In this document: positions 1 through 9,614 of the stretch, piece after piece | Layout: every line of letters starts with the position of its first letter | Numbering within the stretch: the first letter of the stretch is position 1 | Source: Candidatus Methylomirabilis sp. | Lineage (GTDB): Bacteria > Methylomirabilota > Methylomirabilia > Methylomirabilales > Methylomirabilaceae | Reading direction: 5' to 3' | Length of the DNA: 47,331 nucleotides | Assembly: GCA_041498975.1 (NCBI GenBank) | Contig: JBGQJI010000004.1 | Location: 1-47,331 of the forward strand | The notes under the pieces: model-generated | The model's input: only the letters and a program-made list of their open reading frames with translations | Databases searched by the model: none | What the model was told of the DNA's origin: nothing | Made by a program: the position numbers and the translations under genes

Positions 1-4
1 CGAA

Positions 5-1240
5 CTACAGGAAGTCGCTGACCCACTGGATCATCCGCTTGACTACCTTGTCCATCAGCGTTCGCTCCGAGTGTCTGCTGAAGTCCCGCTGCTCTCGGTG
101 CTCCGCGCCGTAGAGCACCAAGCCCACCCCCGTCGAGTACATCGGAGAACTCACCACTTCTTTCAAGCCGCCGACGCCCGTCGGCATCCCCAGGCGCACC
201 GGCAAGTCAAACAATTGCTCAGCCAGCTCAGGCACCCCCTCCATCAGCGAAGAGCCACCCGTGACGACAACCCCGGCGGCCACCTGTTGCATGAATCCGG
301 CCCGCCGCACGTCCAGCGCGACATGAGTGAAGATCTCCTCCATTCTCGGCTGCATGATCTCGCAGAGCATCTGCCGGGAGAGAAGCCGCGGCCTTCGGCC
401 TCCGACACTCGGCACCTCCACCACCTCCTCGCTCCCCACGAGGGAGGCCAGGGCGCAGCCGTATTGGCGCTTGATCTCCTCCGCAGATTTGGGAGGAGTC
501 CTCAGTCCGATGGCGATGTCGTGGGTCAGATGATTGCCCCCTAGCGGGATGACCGCAGTGTGGCGGATACTGCCATTCACGAAGACGGCGATGTCGGACG
601 TCCCCCCGCCGATGTCCACGAGGATCACCCCCAACTCCTTCTCGTCGCCGGTGAGCGTGGCTTCACTGGAGGCCAGCGGCTGCAGGACAATGTCCCGGAC
701 CTCAAGTCCGGCCTTTGTCGCGCACTTGACGATGTTTTCAGCCGATGCGATAGCACCTGTCACGATATGGATTTCAGCCTCGATCCGATGGCCGCTCATT
801 CCCAACGGTTCCTTAACCCCTCCCTGGTCGTCGATGATGAACTCCTGGGGGATGACGTGGATCACCCTGCGGTCGGGCGGCAGCGTGATCGCCTTGGCAG
901 CCTCGATGACCCGATCGACATCCGCCTGGGTGACCTCGCGATTCTTGGCGGAGACGGCGATGACCCCACGGCTGTTGATACCTTTGATGTGGCCTCCGGC
1001 GATGCCCACGAATGCGGAATCCAGCGACATGCCGGCCATCGCCTCGGCCTCCTCTAGCGCCTTCTTGATCGACTCGACGGTCACATCGATGTTGACGACC
1101 ACCCCCTTCTTCAATCCCCCGGAAGGGCTGGTCCCGCACCCGATGATCTCGATTCCGTTTTCCGTAAGCTCGGCGACGATTACGCAGATCTTGGTCGTGC
1201 CGATGTCCAACCCTGTGATGATCTCGCCTTCCCTGGTCAT
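5..1240 (-). CDS. ftsA: Cell division protein FtsA
   Basis: GLDIGTTKI and VDIGGGTSD actin-fold motifs, VVTGG; follows ftsQ in the dcw cluster. Confidence 0.97.
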   Translation of the reverse strand: MTREGEIITGLDIGTTKICVIVAELTENGIEIIGCGTSPSGGLKKGVVVNIDVTVESIKKALEEAEAMAGMSLDSAFVGIAGGHIKGINSRGVIAVSAKNREVTQADVDRVIEAAKAITLPPDRRVIHVIPQEFIIDDQGGVKEPLGMSGHRIEAEIHIVTGAIASAENIVKCATKAGLEVRDIVLQPLASSEATLTGDEKELGVILVDIGGGTSDIAVFVNGSIRHTAVIPLGGNHLTHDIAIGLRTPPKSAEEIKRQYGCALASLVGSEEVVEVPSVGGRRPRLLSRQMLCEIMQPRMEEIFTHVALDVRRAGFMQQVAAGVVVTGGSSLMEGVPELAEQLFDLPVRLGMPTGVGGLKEVVSSPMYSTGVGLVLYGAEHREQRDFSRHSERTLMDKVVKRMIQWVSDFL

Positions 1241-2058
1241 GCCCCTCGCTCCCGCGGAAGCGGCTTCACGATGACCTTATCGGCGAACCGAAGATCGGCA
1301 TACTCCAGCTCGCGAAGGCTGATCCCCCGGATCTCAAGGACCCTTGCCAGCCGATCCAACTGCCACCGCAACACATCCTCTGGGAAGCGCAGATAGGGCA
1401 ACCCGCGGCCCAGCAGGACGGTGCAACTCCCGTCGCCTTCCAGGCGGATTTCCCTGGCCTGCATGCCGGGTGCGAGGGGGTGCTGGTGATACTGCTGCCA
1501 CAGACGGGCCCCCTGCTCGAGCCGGGAGACATCGATTCGCTTCCCGGCGCCGAGGGGCTCTTCGACTGTGACTCTCAGAAGCGGAAGGCCGACCATTTCC
1601 TCAGGTCCCGCTTCGTTCAAGATCAAACCGTCATCGCCGACCAGATACGCGCGGTCGGCCAGAAGGGCCACCCGGGGCGTCCGCTCCGACACGCGAATGA
1701 TCAGGCTGGCCGGAAGGTGCCGGCTTACGCTGGCCGTTTTGATCCAGGGATTGCGCATGATTTGCCCCGCGAGGGCCCTCAGATCGACCTCCAGGATGCT
1801 CGCATGGGCCGGCAGGTCGAGGCTGTCGATGATTGCCGCTGTGGTCACTCGCCGGTTCCCCTCAACGATGAGGCCGGTGATCTGGAAATAGCGCAGGCGC
1901 AGAGGCCGTGGGACCTCCCGCCAGACGGTCTGCCCCAGCATGAGGGCCGCGACAGCGAGGACCACCAGTTCCGCCCCCCGCCAGAAACGTGGACCGAGTC
2001 GAGCTGCCAGGAGTCTCGCTCGCCCCGGCCGCTTGGTCCTTTCCGACGCGCGCCTCAA
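1237..2058 (-). CDS. ftsQ: Cell division protein FtsQ/DivIB (start uncertain; TTG at 2058 or 2136)
   Basis: Basic N-terminus, one TM helix, POTRA-like region (VEGNRRV...PWIKTASVSRHLP), C-terminal YADLRF; lies between murB and ftsA. Confidence 0.85.
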   Translation of the reverse strand: MRRASERTKRPGRARLLAARLGPRFWRGAELVVLAVAALMLGQTVWREVPRPLRLRYFQITGLIVEGNRRVTTAAIIDSLDLPAHASILEVDLRALAGQIMRNPWIKTASVSRHLPASLIIRVSERTPRVALLADRAYLVGDDGLILNEAGPEEMVGLPLLRVTVEEPLGAGKRIDVSRLEQGARLWQQYHQHPLAPGMQAREIRLEGDGSCTVLLGRGLPYLRFPEDVLRWQLDRLARVLEIRGISLRELEYADLRFADKVIVKPLPRERGA

Positions 2059-2092
2059 GTACCGCCGATTGAGGCGAAACGCGCCCTCGTCC

Positions 2093-3016
2093 TCAGCCTG
2101 CGGTGGGCGATCCGACGATCTGGATCTCCAGTTCAAGAGTCACCCCCGTCTTGGGTTTCACCTCGGCCCTTGCCCGCTCCACCAGCCAGAGCACATCCGC
2201 CGCTGTGGCTCCACCGAGGTTCACGATGAAATTACCGTGCTTCTCGGAGATCTGCGCCCCGCCCCGCTGCAGCCCCTTCAGCCCCGCCTGCTCCACCAGA
2301 CGCCCCGCGAAGTCACCTGGAGGATTCTTGAAGATGCAGCCGGCGGATCGAACCTCCACGGGCTGCGTCAGATTGCGATGAACCAGCAACCTCGAAATCG
2401 TTTTCCTGATCTCCGCTGCCACCCCCCTCCGGAGGGTGAACGCGGCTTCAACGATGACCGCCCCTGCCGGGAGATCGGAGTGCCGGTAGGCGATGCCAAG
2501 CTCCTCCGGCGACATGAACCGCTCCTCGCCCGAGCCGTCCACGATGCGGATCCAGTCAAGATGATCGACGATGCTGCCGAGCGGCGTTCCCGCATTCCCC
2601 CTGATCGCGCCGCCGACGGTCCCCGGCACTCCGGTCAACCCCTCGAGACCCGTCAGGCCGGCTTTCGCCGAGAGAGCCAACAGTCGGCTTGTCCGCACGC
2701 CAGCCCCACACCGGACCTGGTCCTCGACGACTGACAGGTCCAGGAATGTCCGCGAAAGATTGATGACGAGACCCTTGACACCTCCGTCCAGCACCAGGAC
2801 GTTGCTGCCGCCCCCCAGGATCAGGATGGGAATCGCCTCATCCCGCGCCAATTTGAGCAAGGCTTTCAGATCATCGAGGTCGGCGGGGTAGGCCATCGCC
2901 TCGGCCGGCCCGCCGATCCGGAAATAGGTGTGACGACAGAGGGGCTCCCCGAAGAGGACCTCTCCTTTGATGCAGCCCTGAAGCCTCTCTTTCAGCTCGA
3001 GTTCCCCCATCATCAT
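2093..3016 (-). CDS. murB: UDP-N-acetylenolpyruvoylglucosamine reductase
   Basis: HTYFRIGGPA, LGGGSN, PGTVGGA, SAGCIFKNP, KHGNFIVN, LELE; start taken at the ATG run (upstream ORF part is repeat-derived). Confidence 0.95.
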   Translation of the reverse strand: MMMGELELKERLQGCIKGEVLFGEPLCRHTYFRIGGPAEAMAYPADLDDLKALLKLARDEAIPILILGGGSNVLVLDGGVKGLVINLSRTFLDLSVVEDQVRCGAGVRTSRLLALSAKAGLTGLEGLTGVPGTVGGAIRGNAGTPLGSIVDHLDWIRIVDGSGEERFMSPEELGIAYRHSDLPAGAVIVEAAFTLRRGVAAEIRKTISRLLVHRNLTQPVEVRSAGCIFKNPPGDFAGRLVEQAGLKGLQRGGAQISEKHGNFIVNLGGATAADVLWLVERARAEVKPKTGVTLELEIQIVGSPTAG

Positions 3017-3034
3017 CTCGTCGCTCTTCACGGC

Positions 3035-3219
3035 AGGGTCTAGGGGATAGGGTTTAGGGTATAGAAAAGGAAGTTTCCAACCGAGTTTCACCCTACAGCC
3101 TGAACCCTAGACCCTCCACCCTCGACCCTGACCCTTTACCCTAGACCCTCTACCCTCTACCCTACACCCTGGCTATTCCACCCTAGACCCTATACCCTAG
3201 ACCATTCACCCTACACCCT
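3035..3219. repeat. Heptamer tandem array, inverted arms (AGGGTNN)n...(ACCCTNN)n
   Basis: agggtct agggat agggttt agggtat-type units ... accctag accctcc accctcg ... accctct accctac; runs into the murC stop codon. Confidence 0.9.
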
Positions 3220-4587
3220 TTCCTCCAAACGGCGGACGATCTCATCGCAGGCCTTCCAGATGTCGCCCGCACCCATGGTGATGATCAGATCGCCGGGACG
3301 GGCCATCTCCGTCACCAGCTCCGGGATCTCCTCCTTACGCTGCGCGTAAAGGACCTCAGGCCAGCCGCGACGCGCAACACCCTCGGCGATTTGCCGACCG
3401 GAGATGCCTGCGATGGGCGTTTCCCCCGCGGGATAGATCTCGGTGAGGATGAGTCGGTCCGCCAGGTCAAAGGCCGGTAGGAATTCGGACAGGAGCGCCC
3501 GGGTCCTGGTATAGCGGTGCGGCTGGAAAACGGCTATGAGGCGCCGCCGAAAGCCGCTCTTGGCAGCCCCCAGCGTGGCTTGGATCTCCGCCGGGTGATG
3601 AGCGTAATCATCGACCACCATGATGTCGTGGGGCACACCCTTCACCTCGAAACGGCGAGCCACCCCGGAGAACTCGCCCAGCGCCGCGCGGATCACGTCA
3701 AATCCGATATCCAGCTCCAGACCGACGGCCACAGCGGCCAACGCGTTAGAGACGTTGTGCAGGCCGGGAACACCAAGCTGTACCTCCCCGAGAGGTTGTC
3801 CTTTGAAACGGACCTTGAACGTCGAGGTCATCCCCTGCAACGAGATACCTTCCGCCGTCAAGTCCGCCTGTGTTGCGAGCGCGTACGAGACAACCCGCTT
3901 GTACACCCTGGGCAGCAGATTTCGGATATGTCCCTGATCGAGACAGAGAACAGCAGAGCCGTAGAAAGGGACCTTATTGATGAACTCGATGAAGGTCTCC
4001 TGTATCTGCTGCAGGTCTCGGTAGTAATCCAGGTGCTCGGCGTCGATGGTGGTCACCACGGCGATGGTAGGGGTAAGCTTGAGGAAGGAGCCGTCGCTCT
4101 CGTCGGCCTCCGCGACCATGAACTCGCCCCGGCCGAGTTTCGCATTGCTGCCGAGCGCATCCAGTCTGCCGCCGATGACCATGGTCGGGTCAAGGCCCGC
4201 CTTCGCCAGGACCGTGGCCACCATGGAGGTCGTCGTGGTCTTTCCGTGGGTGCCCGCAACCGCCACGCCGTACTTCATACGCATCAGCTCGGCCAGCATC
4301 TCGGCTCGCTGAATGACCGGGATCGAGTGAACTCTTGCCGCCAGGATTTCGGGATTCTCGGGTGGCACAGCCGAGGACCGGACCACCACGTCGGCGTCCC
4401 GCACGTGAGCCGAATCATGCCCGATCCAGATGGCAACCCCGAGTTCCTGGAGGCGGATGGTGTGTTCTGAGGTTTTCAGGTCTGACCCGCTGACCTGGTA
4501 GCCGAGATTGTGTAGGACCTCGGCGATCCCGCTCATCCCGACCCCCCCGATCCCGACGAAGTGGATGCGCCGGATCTTCTTAAACAT
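3211..4587 (-). CDS. murC: UDP-N-acetylmuramate--L-alanine ligase
   Basis: HFVGIGGVGMSG, GTHGKTTTT, EADESD, DDYAHHP, FQPHRY. Confidence 0.97.
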   Translation of the reverse strand: MFKKIRRIHFVGIGGVGMSGIAEVLHNLGYQVSGSDLKTSEHTIRLQELGVAIWIGHDSAHVRDADVVVRSSAVPPENPEILAARVHSIPVIQRAEMLAELMRMKYGVAVAGTHGKTTTTSMVATVLAKAGLDPTMVIGGRLDALGSNAKLGRGEFMVAEADESDGSFLKLTPTIAVVTTIDAEHLDYYRDLQQIQETFIEFINKVPFYGSAVLCLDQGHIRNLLPRVYKRVVSYALATQADLTAEGISLQGMTSTFKVRFKGQPLGEVQLGVPGLHNVSNALAAVAVGLELDIGFDVIRAALGEFSGVARRFEVKGVPHDIMVVDDYAHHPAEIQATLGAAKSGFRRRLIAVFQPHRYTRTRALLSEFLPAFDLADRLILTEIYPAGETPIAGISGRQIAEGVARRGWPEVLYAQRKEEIPELVTEMARPGDLIITMGAGDIWKACDEIVRRLEERV

Positions 4588-5764
4588 CCCTACACCGTGA
4601 AGTATTGACCGTTGACTGTGGACTGTTGACTGTGGACTGTCGACTCCTACCGGATCTGGCACGCGACCGACGCAGACGGGCAGATTGCGTCACGAGATCG
4701 GCGAAGCGGGCCGCGGCGTCCGGCAGCGCTTGGGTCTTTGCCCTGTCGGCCATGGCGCGAAGTCTTTCCCTGTCATACACAAACTCTCTCACAATCCCGG
4801 CCACGACGATCCCGTTCAGCCCGCGGTCCTGGACCATTCGCGCTCCGCCGGAGGCGACCACCGCTTCGGCATTCCGGCGCTGATGATCGTTGGTGGCATA
4901 GGGAAACGGCACGAGAACCGAAGGTTTCCCCAGGGCACAGAGCTCCGCCACGGTGCCGGCGCCGGCCCGACAGAGACAGAGGTCGGCGGCGGCATAGGCC
5001 GCAGCGATCTCCCGGAAGAACGGCTCCACCACCGCCCGATATCCTCCCGCACTATACCCCTGTCGGACCGTCGCGAGGTCGCGGTGCCCCGTCGCATGCA
5101 GGAACTGGATCTGCTCTCTTTCCGGCTCAAGCATCGGGAGCGCCTCCAGGACCGCCTGGTTCAGCCGGTGGGCCCCCTGGCTGCCGCCGAAGATCAGCAG
5201 CGTGAAGCTGTGCTGATCCAGACCAAATCTGGCGATCGCCTCGGCCCGGTTGACGCCGAAAAGCTCCTTCCGAACCGGATTGCCGGTCACGCGCACCTTG
5301 CCCTTAGGGAAATAGCCCGACGCCGCCTCGAAGGCAACGGCCACGAGATCGACGACCTTGCCCAACCTTCGGTTGGTGAGCCCGGGGTAGGCGTTCTGTT
5401 CATGGATGACCGTGGGGATTCCCGCAAGGACCGCCGCCAGCACCACGGCGCCGGAGGCGTAGCCGCCGAATCCGACGACGATATCGGGGCAGAACTGCCG
5501 GAGAATCGACCGCGACCGGGTGAGACTCGATGGGATCAGTCCAAGGCTTCGAAGGCGCTGGGACAGCCTCTTCCCCAGCAGGCCGGAAGCCCGTATTCCT
5601 TGGAAGTCCCACCCCCTGCTGGCAAGCAGGGACGCTTCGACCCCTTCCTCGGCCCCGACGAAAAGGATGGAGAGCTCCGGAAGCCTGGAGCCGAGCTCCT
5701 CGGCCAATGCAATGGCAGGAAAGAGATGACCTCCTGTCCCGCCTGCAGCGATGAGAATCTTCAC
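4580..5764 (-). CDS. murG: MurG N-acetylglucosaminyltransferase with repeat-derived C-terminal tail
   Basis: AGGTGGHLFP, HEQN, GGSQGA, RAGAGT; GTG start overlaps the ftsW TGA. Confidence 0.95.
   Translation of the reverse strand: MKILIAAGGTGGHLFPAIALAEELGSRLPELSILFVGAEEGVEASLLASRGWDFQGIRASGLLGKRLSQRLRSLGLIPSSLTRSRSILRQFCPDIVVGFGGYASGAVVLAAVLAGIPTVIHEQNAYPGLTNRRLGKVVDLVAVAFEAASGYFPKGKVRVTGNPVRKELFGVNRAEAIARFGLDQHSFTLLIFGGSQGAHRLNQAVLEALPMLEPEREQIQFLHATGHRDLATVRQGYSAGGYRAVVEPFFREIAAAYAAADLCLCRAGAGTVAELCALGKPSVLVPFPYATNDHQRRNAEAVVASGGARMVQDRGLNGIVVAGIVREFVYDRERLRAMADRAKTQALPDAAARFADLVTQSARLRRSRARSGRSRQSTVNSPQSTVNTSRCRDV
4605..4645. repeat. Heptamer tandem array (GACTGTN)n inside the murG 3' tail
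   Basis: gaccgtt gactgtg gactgtt gactgtg gactgtc gact. Confidence 0.85.
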
Positions 5765-6876
5765 GAGGGTCGAGCTCTCGCGACCTGATAACGGGAGATG
5801 CTCAGCAGGATGCCGACGCACAGGAAGGTGGTGACCAGAGACGAGCCGCCGAAGCTGACGAACGGCAGGGGCACGCCAGTGATGGGGAGCAGCCCGACGA
5901 CCACCGCAAGGTTGATGGCGGCCTGCGAGACGATGGTAAAGGTAACCCCCATGGCAGCATAGGTTCCAAAGAGGTCCGGTGCCCGAAGCGCGATCCGCGT
6001 CCCGCGCCAGAGGAGGATGGCGAAGAGGAAGATCACCAGGAGGGCTCCCACAAAGCCCATCTCCTCGCCGACGATGGCGAAGATGAACTCGGTATGGGAC
6101 TCGGGCAGGTAGAAGAGCTTTTGGATGCTGTCGCCAAGCCCACGCCCCAGGATCCCTCCCGGCCCCAACGCGTAGAATGACTGGTGAATCTGGTAGGCGG
6201 CCTTGGAGGAGGCATGAACCGGATCGATCATGGTCAGCAACCGGGCCTTGGCGTACGGGTGGCCCTGGACGATGATGAGGGCGAGGGACCCGACCGCGAC
6301 GAGCGCGGTTGCAAGGTGAGTGAGTCGGACCCCGGCCATGAAGCAGAGCGACATGGCCGCGAGCATCAGCACGGCCCCTGTTCCAAAGTTGGGCTGCATC
6401 ACCACCAGCCCAGCGAAGAGCAGGGAGAGGAGGAAGGGCGGAGCGAACCCCAGGATGAAGCTCTGCATCCGATCGGTCTTCCTGGCGAAGAAGCTGGCCA
6501 GTACCAGGATGAGCGCGAGCTTGGCGAGCTCGGAGGGTTGGAAAGAGATCCCGAACACCCGGAGCCATCGTCGTGCGCCGTTCACCTTGACCCCGACCGA
6601 CGGGATCAGGACCAGGAGCAAGAGCAGCAAGGAGGCCAGGAACAGAGGGGCCGCATACCGCTGGAAGGCGCGGTAATCACGGTGCATGGCCCAGACCATC
6701 ACCGCCAGGCCGATCACGGTCCAGAGGAGCTGCTTTTTCAGGAAGAGGAAGGGGTCCCCATACTTCTCCTGGGCTTTGATGGCACTGGAGCTATAGACCA
6801 TCACGACCCCGATTCCGACCAGGAGCAGGGAGGCGGTGCAGAGCAGCCGATCATAGGGGAGCCGCCTCGCCGTCAC
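5761..6876 (-). CDS. ftsW: SEDS peptidoglycan polymerase FtsW
   Basis: Multi-TM; GARRW, FQPSE, LPESHTEFIF, PFVSFGGSS. Confidence 0.95.
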   Translation of the reverse strand: MTARRLPYDRLLCTASLLLVGIGVVMVYSSSAIKAQEKYGDPFLFLKKQLLWTVIGLAVMVWAMHRDYRAFQRYAAPLFLASLLLLLLVLIPSVGVKVNGARRWLRVFGISFQPSELAKLALILVLASFFARKTDRMQSFILGFAPPFLLSLLFAGLVVMQPNFGTGAVLMLAAMSLCFMAGVRLTHLATALVAVGSLALIIVQGHPYAKARLLTMIDPVHASSKAAYQIHQSFYALGPGGILGRGLGDSIQKLFYLPESHTEFIFAIVGEEMGFVGALLVIFLFAILLWRGTRIALRAPDLFGTYAAMGVTFTIVSQAAINLAVVVGLLPITGVPLPFVSFGGSSLVTTFLCVGILLSISRYQVARARPS

Positions 6877-8228
6877 GATGCCAGCCTCCGTACGGCCTCT
6901 TTGAATGCCCGCCCTCGGTCTTCGAAGTCGGTGAACATATCGAAGCTCGCGCAGGCTGGAGACAGGAGGACAACTTCTCCTGGCGACGCGCTGGCGGCAG
7001 CCCGCCGGACTGCCTCCTCGAGAGTTGAAGCCTCCTCCATCGGACAGGCACGGTCGAGCTGGGACCTCAGCTTACTTGCCGCCTGACCGATCAGGATCAG
7101 CCGCTTGACTCGCCCCCTGACCAGCGGGACCAAGGGCGTGAAGTCGCTCTGCTTGTCCTTGCCACCGGCGATCAGCACGAGGGGGGCGGCGAAGCTCTCC
7201 AAGGAGCGGACCACCGCGCCGACGTTCGTCCCTTTGGAGTCATTGATGTAGCGGACCCCACCGATCTCGGCGACGAATTCCAAACGGTGCTCCAATCCCT
7301 CGAATCGCCCGAGGGCCTTTCGGATCGCCTCTCGCGGCGCGCCCACCAGTGCTGCAGCCAGGCTGGCGGCGAGGGCGTTCTCCAGGTTGTGCACGCCCTT
7401 GATCTTGACGTCACCCCATCGGCAAATGTCCTCATGCCTCCCCGAGAGGGCCAGGATAAGGTGATCCTCGTCGAGGTAGGCGCCTTCGGCGAGGCGTGTC
7501 CTCCGGCTGAACGCCACCTTCCGCGAGCGGGCCTTCCGTGCCGCCTCCAGGACCAGCGGATCGTCCGCGTTGACGACGGCATAGTCCGACGACTCCTGGT
7601 TCTCAAAGAGTCGGGCCTTGGCCAGATAATAGTCCTCCACCCGGTCGTACCGATCGAGATGATCCGGGGCGAGGTTCAAGAGCAGGGCCACGCGAGGCCT
7701 GAACTCCTCGATCGTCTCCAACTGAAAGCTGGACAGCTCCGCCACCACAAGCTCGCCCGCCGGAAGGCCCGGCGTGACCTGACAGAGAGGCGTGCCGATA
7801 TTCCCCGCCACCAGCGAAGGCAGGCCGGCTTCCTTGAGGATCGCGCCCAAGAGGGTGGTGGTCGTGCTCTTCCCGTTGGTCCCGGTGACGCCGATGAACG
7901 TGGCATGACTGCACCGGTAGGCCAGCTCCACTTCACCGATGACGGGGATACCTGCTGCCCGAACTCGCTGAAACAGCGGTTCACGGAGATCGATGCCGGG
8001 GCTGACCACGACGAGATCGGCCGAGAGCACCGAATGGGGACGGTGCCCTCCCAATTCGAGGATGACCCCATCTCGCTGCAGGCCGCACAGGTCCGGCCCG
8101 AGCTCCCGCTCGTCCCGCTGATCCGTCCCGATCACGGTCGCGCCCTGCTTGAGCAGCATGCGGCAGGCCGCCTCTCCGGACCGCGCCAGCCCTACGACCA
8201 CCACCCGCCTTCCGGCCAGATCAAGCAT
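6873..8228 (-). CDS. murD: UDP-N-acetylmuramoylalanine--D-glutamate ligase
   Basis: GLARSG, GTNGKSTTT, ELSSFQL, NDSKGTN, LSPACASFD. Confidence 0.97.
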   Translation of the reverse strand: MLDLAGRRVVVVGLARSGEAACRMLLKQGATVIGTDQRDERELGPDLCGLQRDGVILELGGHRPHSVLSADLVVVSPGIDLREPLFQRVRAAGIPVIGEVELAYRCSHATFIGVTGTNGKSTTTTLLGAILKEAGLPSLVAGNIGTPLCQVTPGLPAGELVVAELSSFQLETIEEFRPRVALLLNLAPDHLDRYDRVEDYYLAKARLFENQESSDYAVVNADDPLVLEAARKARSRKVAFSRRTRLAEGAYLDEDHLILALSGRHEDICRWGDVKIKGVHNLENALAASLAAALVGAPREAIRKALGRFEGLEHRLEFVAEIGGVRYINDSKGTNVGAVVRSLESFAAPLVLIAGGKDKQSDFTPLVPLVRGRVKRLILIGQAASKLRSQLDRACPMEEASTLEEAVRRAAASASPGEVVLLSPACASFDMFTDFEDRGRAFKEAVRRLAS

Positions 8229-8243
8229 CGCTACCGCTCTGCA

Positions 8244-8357
8244 GTTCCAAGTTCCAGGTTCCGAGTATTGCTTCGCGGTTCCAGGTTCCGAGTTCGAGGT
8301 TCGGGGTTCGACTTGAGCGCTTCTTCAACATGGAACTTGGCACTTGGAACTTGGAAC
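8244..8357. repeat. Heptamer tandem array, inverted arms (GTTCCAR)n...(TGGAACT)n
   Basis: gttccaa gttccag gttccga ... gttcgag gttcggg ... tggaact tggcact tggaact tggaac, between mraY and murD. Confidence 0.9.
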
Positions 8358-8370
8358 GCCTTTCAATGTC

Positions 8371-9453
8371 TCACCTCAGTTTCAGCGTGGTCAGCGACAG
8401 GAGGGCGAGGATGAAGGAGATGATCCAGAACCGGACGATGATCTTCGGCTCCGCCATCCCGTTCAGCTCGTAGTGATGATGGATCGGCGCCATCCGGAAG
8501 ACCCGTTTGCCGGTCGCCCGGTAGGAGAAGACCTGGAGGATCACCGAGGTCGCCTCCGCCACGAAGACCCCGCCCACGATCAGGAGGAGCAACTCGTTCT
8601 TGACCAAAACGGCCATGGTTGCCAGGGCGGCTCCAAGCGCCAGGGAGCCGGTATCGCCCATAAAAAGCTGCGCGGGGTAGGCGTTGTACCAGAGGAACCC
8701 CAGGCTCGCCCCGACGATGGCCCCGCCAAAGACGGTCAGCTCAGAACTCCCCCTCACGAAGACAACCTGCAGATAGTGGGAAATGGCGGCATGCCCTGCT
8801 ACATAGGCCAGAACCGTGTATGCGGCAGAGGCCATCAGGATCGGGCCGATGGCCAACCCGTCCAGGCCGTCGGTCAGATTGACGGCATTCGAACTCCCCA
8901 CGATGACGAGAGCAACGAAGATGACATAGCCCCACCCCAGGTCGGGCATCCAGCGCTTGAAGAAGGGGATGGCCAGCTTTGTCGTGGAAGCATCCACCGG
9001 GTTGAGGTAGAGAACGCCCCCAACCAGCAAACCCGGAATCATCTGCCAGATCAGCTTTGCCCTGACCGAAAGTCCTTTGCTGTTCTTGCCCACGACCTTG
9101 AGGTAGTCGTCGGCGAAGCCGAGCGCGCCCATCCAAGCCGCACAGAACAGGGCCAACCAGACGAACCGATTGGTGAGATTCGCCCAGAGCAATGTAGCGA
9201 TGAACACAGAAGCCAGGATCAGAAGGCCACCCATCGTAGGCGTTCCGGCTTTCTTCAGGTGCCGCTCGGGGCCGTCGTTCCTGATGCTCTGGCCGATCTG
9301 CAACTCCCGCAGCTTGCGGATCAGAACGGGCCCCAGAAGCAGGCTGATCAGGAGCGCGGTGAGGATGGCGCCGGCCGTGCGGAAGGTCACGTACCGGAAG
9401 ACATTGAAGATGATGTAGGTTTGGTGCAGTGGGAAAAGAAGATGGTATAACAT
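8371..9453 (-). CDS. mraY: Phospho-N-acetylmuramoyl-pentapeptide transferase
   Basis: [35 protein letters not shown]. Confidence 0.97.
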   Translation of the reverse strand: MLYHLLFPLHQTYIIFNVFRYVTFRTAGAILTALLISLLLGPVLIRKLRELQIGQSIRNDGPERHLKKAGTPTMGGLLILASVFIATLLWANLTNRFVWLALFCAAWMGALGFADDYLKVVGKNSKGLSVRAKLIWQMIPGLLVGGVLYLNPVDASTTKLAIPFFKRWMPDLGWGYVIFVALVIVGSSNAVNLTDGLDGLAIGPILMASAAYTVLAYVAGHAAISHYLQVVFVRGSSELTVFGGAIVGASLGFLWYNAYPAQLFMGDTGSLALGAALATMAVLVKNELLLLIVGGVFVAEATSVILQVFSYRATGKRVFRMAPIHHHYELNGMAEPKIIVRFWIISFILALLSLTTLKLR

Positions 9454-9480
9454 TAGTACGCGTACCCCTTCTCAGTACAG

Positions 9481-9602
9481 AGGGTATAGGGTTTAGGGTA
9501 TAATGGGTACCAAGGGTACAGGGTATAGTCAAGCTTCAAGATCTCGCTGACCGTTAGATTTTTCATTCCTTACCCTATACCCTCTACCCTTTACCCTATA
9601 CC
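9481..9602. repeat. Heptamer tandem array, inverted arms (AGGGTAT)n...(TACCCTN)n
   Basis: agggtat agggttt agggtat ... taccta/taccctc/taccctt-type units, between ddl and mraY. Confidence 0.88.
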
Positions 9603-9614
9603 GTGTCCCTCGGG

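Noticed and set aside
3035..3219. Heptamer arrays as CRISPR arrays or telomere-like repeats
   Set aside because: No 23-50 bp repeats with unique spacers, no cas genes, and units are degenerate and internal; TTAGGG-like words are incidental.
5765..6568. 662-aa ORF suggesting an N-terminally extended or fused MurG
   Set aside because: The upstream part is an alternative frame of ftsW; MurG motifs start at GTG 5764. The same applies to the long murE, folK and panB ORF extensions.
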